A stretch of 64,000 nucleotides of DNA from Gemmatimonadota bacterium (GTDB lineage: Bacteria > Gemmatimonadota > Gemmatimonadetes > Gemmatimonadales > GWC2-71-9): assembly GCA_039588295.1 (NCBI GenBank), contig JBDHAB010000006.1:1-64000 (forward strand), in the 5' to 3' direction. The notes under the pieces are model-generated. The model did no database searches. It saw nothing but the letters and a program-made list of their open reading frames with translations, and was not told the DNA's origin. Shown here piece by piece: positions 60,978 through 64,000 of the stretch (positions within the stretch are counted from its first letter, which is position 1; every line of letters begins with the position of its first letter). The translations under genes were made by a program, and so were the position numbers.

Positions 60978-62936
60978 TTATCGTGGCTCGACCAAGAGAT
61001 AGCCCGCCATCTCGAGATGGAGCGCGGAGCAGAACTCCGTGCAGTAATACGGGTAGACGCCCGGCGCGTCGGCAACGAACGCCACCGTCTCCGATTCGCC
61101 CGGTTCCAGGCTCAGGTTGATGTTGTATTTTGCGATTCCAAATCCATGGGTGGCGTCGTGTGCCGTCTCGACACTGGTGATGTGAACGATGACACTGTCG
61201 CCCTCACGCACGCGTACCCGCTCGGGATTGAAGTGCGAGCGTATCGCGGTCATGTAGACGTGTACGGTGTTGCCTCGACGTTGGATTCGCTCTTGTCCAA
61301 GCTGCACCGCGTTGGCGGACGGCCCCATGGTTCCCGGGCTGTATCCGACCTGCGGGTACACCCGAAACGGCTGCAGTTTGTCGGTCTTGATCATCTGCGC
61401 GTAGTGCGGCTCCCCGATGCCGATGGGCATGTCGTAGAGCAGCTGCATCTTGTCGCCCGAGATGTCGATGAGCTGGAAGTTCTGCGGCAGGAGCGGCCCC
61501 ACATCGTTGAAGCGGTCGAGCGACCACTTATCCATCGCGATGAGGTACTTGCCGTCAGGCGACTTGGTGTCGCCCTCCGCCGTGGCAAGGTGGCCGACGT
61601 TGTAGTGCACGCCGATCGTGTCCAGCCACTGGAGCGGATTGAGGCTCCACTTCGTGACTTTGGTGTCGAGGAAGATGGACGTGTAGGCGTTCCCCTTGTC
61701 GTCGAACTGGGTGTGTAACGGTCCCAGGCCTACCTCGAGCTGACCGTCGAGCACCGAGGCGAAGTCGAGGATCGGCACACCGTACGCGTCGTTGCCGCTG
61801 AAGACCTGATTCTCGATTGCCTGCTGGATCTTCTCCCACGAGTAGACGGTGACGTGGGGATCGAGCTTCCCGGATACGACGATGAAGCGGCCGTCTGGCG
61901 TCACGTCGGCACCGTGTGGGCTCTTGGGTTCCGGAATGAAGAAGAGAATCCCCTCGTCGATCGCCGTCTGGAGCGGAATCACCCGCTGGCCGCGTGCCAT
62001 CCGAGTGTTGCCGGCGGTGGCCGCAATCTCTGCCGCCTTCTGCCAGTTGATGACGTGCATGTAGTCCATGTCATTGGCGGACGCACCGGCCTCGAACGCG
62101 GGGTTCCCGCTCTCGATGCCCCCGGTGGCCATTTCGGTATTGAACGAATTGAGGAACGCCCATCCGAAGGACGGTCCCTTGCCGGCATCGGAGAGATCGT
62201 GCCAGTACGGGGGAAGCTCGATCGAGAACGACGCGGCCTCGTCGATTCGCCCGCGGTCGCGGTCGAACTTCCACATCGTGATCAGCCCTCGATAGTCCTG
62301 CTCGTACCGATCGAGTTCGGCATAGTCGACCCACAGCGGCACCGAGTACTGCGCGCCCTCGATCACGTACTCGGTGTTGGGTGTGACGAAGGCTCCACCG
62401 TGGTTGGTGCCCATGTTCGGATTGGTCACGATCTGCTTGGTCTCGAAGTCCCGCAGATCGATGACCGCGATGCGCGGATTGGCCTTGTCGTTGATGAACA
62501 GGAACTGACCGTCGTAGTCCGCGTCGGTCTCGGACAGGGCAGGATGGTGCGTATCACCCCAGGTGATCTCATGGCCAGCCATGCGTCCGCTCGCCATGAG
62601 CTCCTTGTGCTCCTCGGCGCCGTACCCGTATCCCTGCCAAGGCTCCGGTGTGAACGCCGCGATCACCTTGAGCAGGCGCATGGAGGGAACCCCGATGACC
62701 AGGACTTGGCCCGAGTGTCCGCCAGACGAGAACAACATGTACTCGTCCATCTGGCCTGTCGGCTGATAGGTTTTGAGTGCGGCCACCATGTCCGCGTCGG
62801 TCAGGCCTCGATTCCGGGCGATGGAGCCGAGATCGGCGCTGCCTCCCGGCGTGGCGCAGGATCCCATCCCGGCAACGATGACCACAGTGATGGCTACGGT
62901 GAGGGCGAGTCCCCACCCCAATCTCTTGGATTGCAT
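60978..62936 (-). CDS. nosZ: Clade II (Sec-dependent) nitrous oxide reductase
   Basis: No twin-Arg motif; SGGHSGQ, DTHHP, PKSPHG, LGPLHTQFD, EPH CuZ ligands; CuA motif CTEFCSALHLEM. Confidence 0.97.
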   Translation of the reverse strand: MQSKRLGWGLALTVAITVVIVAGMGSCATPGGSADLGSIARNRGLTDADMVAALKTYQPTGQMDEYMLFSSGGHSGQVLVIGVPSMRLLKVIAAFTPEPWQGYGYGAEEHKELMASGRMAGHEITWGDTHHPALSETDADYDGQFLFINDKANPRIAVIDLRDFETKQIVTNPNMGTNHGGAFVTPNTEYVIEGAQYSVPLWVDYAELDRYEQDYRGLITMWKFDRDRGRIDEAASFSIELPPYWHDLSDAGKGPSFGWAFLNSFNTEMATGGIESGNPAFEAGASANDMDYMHVINWQKAAEIAATAGNTRMARGQRVIPLQTAIDEGILFFIPEPKSPHGADVTPDGRFIVVSGKLDPHVTVYSWEKIQQAIENQVFSGNDAYGVPILDFASVLDGQLEVGLGPLHTQFDDKGNAYTSIFLDTKVTKWSLNPLQWLDTIGVHYNVGHLATAEGDTKSPDGKYLIAMDKWSLDRFNDVGPLLPQNFQLIDISGDKMQLLYDMPIGIGEPHYAQMIKTDKLQPFRVYPQVGYSPGTMGPSANAVQLGQERIQRRGNTVHVYMTAIRSHFNPERVRVREGDSVIVHITSVETAHDATHGFGIAKYNINLSLEPGESETVAFVADAPGVYPYYCTEFCSALHLEMAGYLLVEPR

Positions 62937-62979
62937 GCTAAGGAACTCCTGAGTTGGTGACAGCTGAGACTTGCACGGG

Positions 62980-63000
62980 ATGATAATACGATATTATCAT
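62980..63000. promoter_or_regulatory. Perfect 9-3-9 palindrome in the nosZ/rrf2 divergent promoter region
   Basis: ATGATAATA-CGA-TATTATCAT, AT-rich in a GC-rich background. Confidence 0.75.
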
Positions 63001-63063
63001 GTGTATGTCAGAATATAGCGGTGGTCGCTCCGCCTGCAACCCCTAAGTCGAGGCATCACACGG

Positions 63064-63492
63064 ATGCTGTCCGGTACCGCCCAATACGCCCTTCGAGCGG
63101 TAGTCTGCCTGGCCCGGCAGCCTCGGGAGAGTACGGTAACCGCGACAGATCTGGCCAACGCAGTGGATGTTCCCAGGAATTACCTGGGGAAGATCCTGCA
63201 CGAGCTGGTTCGAGCAGGCATCCTCATGTCGTTGCGAGGCAAGCACGGTGGGTTCCAGCTCGCGATGGGGTCGGAGGACCTCCCACTCATCCGCATCGTG
63301 TCGCTGTTCGACGAGATCGGTGAGCAGCGTACGTGCCTCCTCGGGCGGGCAGAGTGCTCCGACCGTGACCCATGTCCCATGCACGGCCGGTGGAAGGCGA
63401 CGGCGGAGGAGATCACCAACTTCTTCGGCCACACCACGATTGCGGATGTGCTTGGCCAACCCGACCCGAGCGGACGCCGGAGTGGCGTATGA
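63064..63492 (+). CDS. Rrf2 family transcriptional regulator (predicted Fe-S binding)
   Basis: YALRA, YLGKILHEL, RGKHGGFQL, C-x5-C-x5-C-x2-H. Confidence 0.93.
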   Translation: MLSGTAQYALRAVVCLARQPRESTVTATDLANAVDVPRNYLGKILHELVRAGILMSLRGKHGGFQLAMGSEDLPLIRIVSLFDEIGEQRTCLLGRAECSDRDPCPMHGRWKATAEEITNFFGHTTIADVLGQPDPSGRRSGV

Positions 63493-63818
63493 AGAGCAGG
63501 GACGGCAGCGCCGGCAGCGTCGTGCGACTCGGCGAGCTCGTTGACTACCAAGCTGGGGCCATCGTCAGCAAGATCCTTCTCAAGACTGCCGCGGGTTCGG
63601 TCACGTGCTTCGCCTTCGACCAGGATCAGGGTCTCAGCGAACACACGGTTCCGCATGACGCGTTGGTCTACATGCTGGACGGAGAGGCAGATGTCACCGT
63701 CTCCGGTGTGGTCCATCATCTCGTGGAGGGCGATGGACTCGTCATGCCGGCCAACCAACCGCACGCCCTGCATGCCGACACACGCTTCAAAATGGTGCTG
63801 ACCATCTTGCACGCTTGA
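63489..63818 (+). CDS. Cupin domain protein
   Basis: IVSK, FAFDQDQGLSEHT, MPANQPHAL; ATGA overlap with the Rrf2 gene. Confidence 0.9.
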   Translation: MKSRDGSAGSVVRLGELVDYQAGAIVSKILLKTAAGSVTCFAFDQDQGLSEHTVPHDALVYMLDGEADVTVSGVVHHLVEGDGLVMPANQPHALHADTRFKMVLTILHA

Positions 63819-63878
63819 TCGCGGGCCGCGGGAACTCCACCCGTGGCTCGGCGGTTCACTGGCGGGAAAGAAGGTCAC

Positions 63879-64000
63879 ATGGTCCGTGGGCAGATCCAGT
63901 TCACCGAGGGGCTGCTGCGGCTGCCCATTCGGATTCAACTCTGGCTGCTGCTCCTCGGCGGCATCAATCTCGTCGTGCCGCTCTTCTTTCTCGATCGCCT
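63879..64000 (+). CDS. Partial membrane protein (runs off the window end)
   Basis: AAGAAGG RBS, ATG 63879, MVRGQIQFTEGLLRLPIRIQLWLLLLGGINLVVPLFFLDR, no stop in window. Confidence 0.55.
   Translation, partial: MVRGQIQFTEGLLRLPIRIQLWLLLLGGINLVVPLFFLDR

Noticed and set aside
62980..63000. Canonical Fur box
   Set aside because: TGATAAT half-sites resemble Fur sites but the spacing is 7-5-7, not 7-1-7; the adjacent Rrf2 is the simpler candidate, although Fur is not excluded
1..64000. CRISPR array, rRNA, tRNA, integrase or transposase
   Set aside because: No regularly spaced repeats with unique spacers, cloverleaf or T-loop signatures, or recombinase motifs seen by eye; a tRNAscan or Infernal run would be needed to exclude them fully

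Overview
GC-rich bacterial chromosomal window with no rRNA, tRNA, CRISPR array or transposase that I can recognise. The gene repertoire (Hanks kinase-TolB-TPR fusion, CsgG-like lipoprotein plus beta-barrel pair, clade II nosZ) suggests Gemmatimonadota, but this is inference. 1-21 kb is mostly housekeeping (PBP1A, HNH nuclease, yjbQ, acyl-CoA ligase, NYN protein, mpg, M14 peptidase, SDR, TldD-like, CDF, RlmI-like, thiE, mltG, ruvX, rho, M50 protease). The main candidate for an undescribed system is the 7-gene operon at 21.5-34.9 kb. It encodes a CsgG/TPR lipoprotein, an outer-membrane barrel, two cohesin-bearing lipoproteins and three large secreted proteins. Each of the three starts with a cohesin followed by a Cys-flanked dockerin, then carries beta-helix or beta-propeller cargo, which suggests a non-cellulosomal, possibly self-polymerising cohesin-dockerin surface assembly. 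Second, a CopG/DUF411 gene has an in-frame TGA at the first Cys of its CGCC motif followed by a SECIS-like hairpin (putative selenoprotein). It lies about 2 kb from a minimal clade II nosZ-B-D-F-Y cluster that lacks nosL and faces a divergent Rrf2 regulator across a perfect palindrome. Third, the 183-aa HNH protein has a PLMP-like N-terminus (IshB-like architecture) and sits behind a hairpin-dense intergenic region and an operator-overlapped sigma70 promoter. There is also a probable GalNAc salvage cluster. All family calls come from motif recognition by eye; no database search was run.
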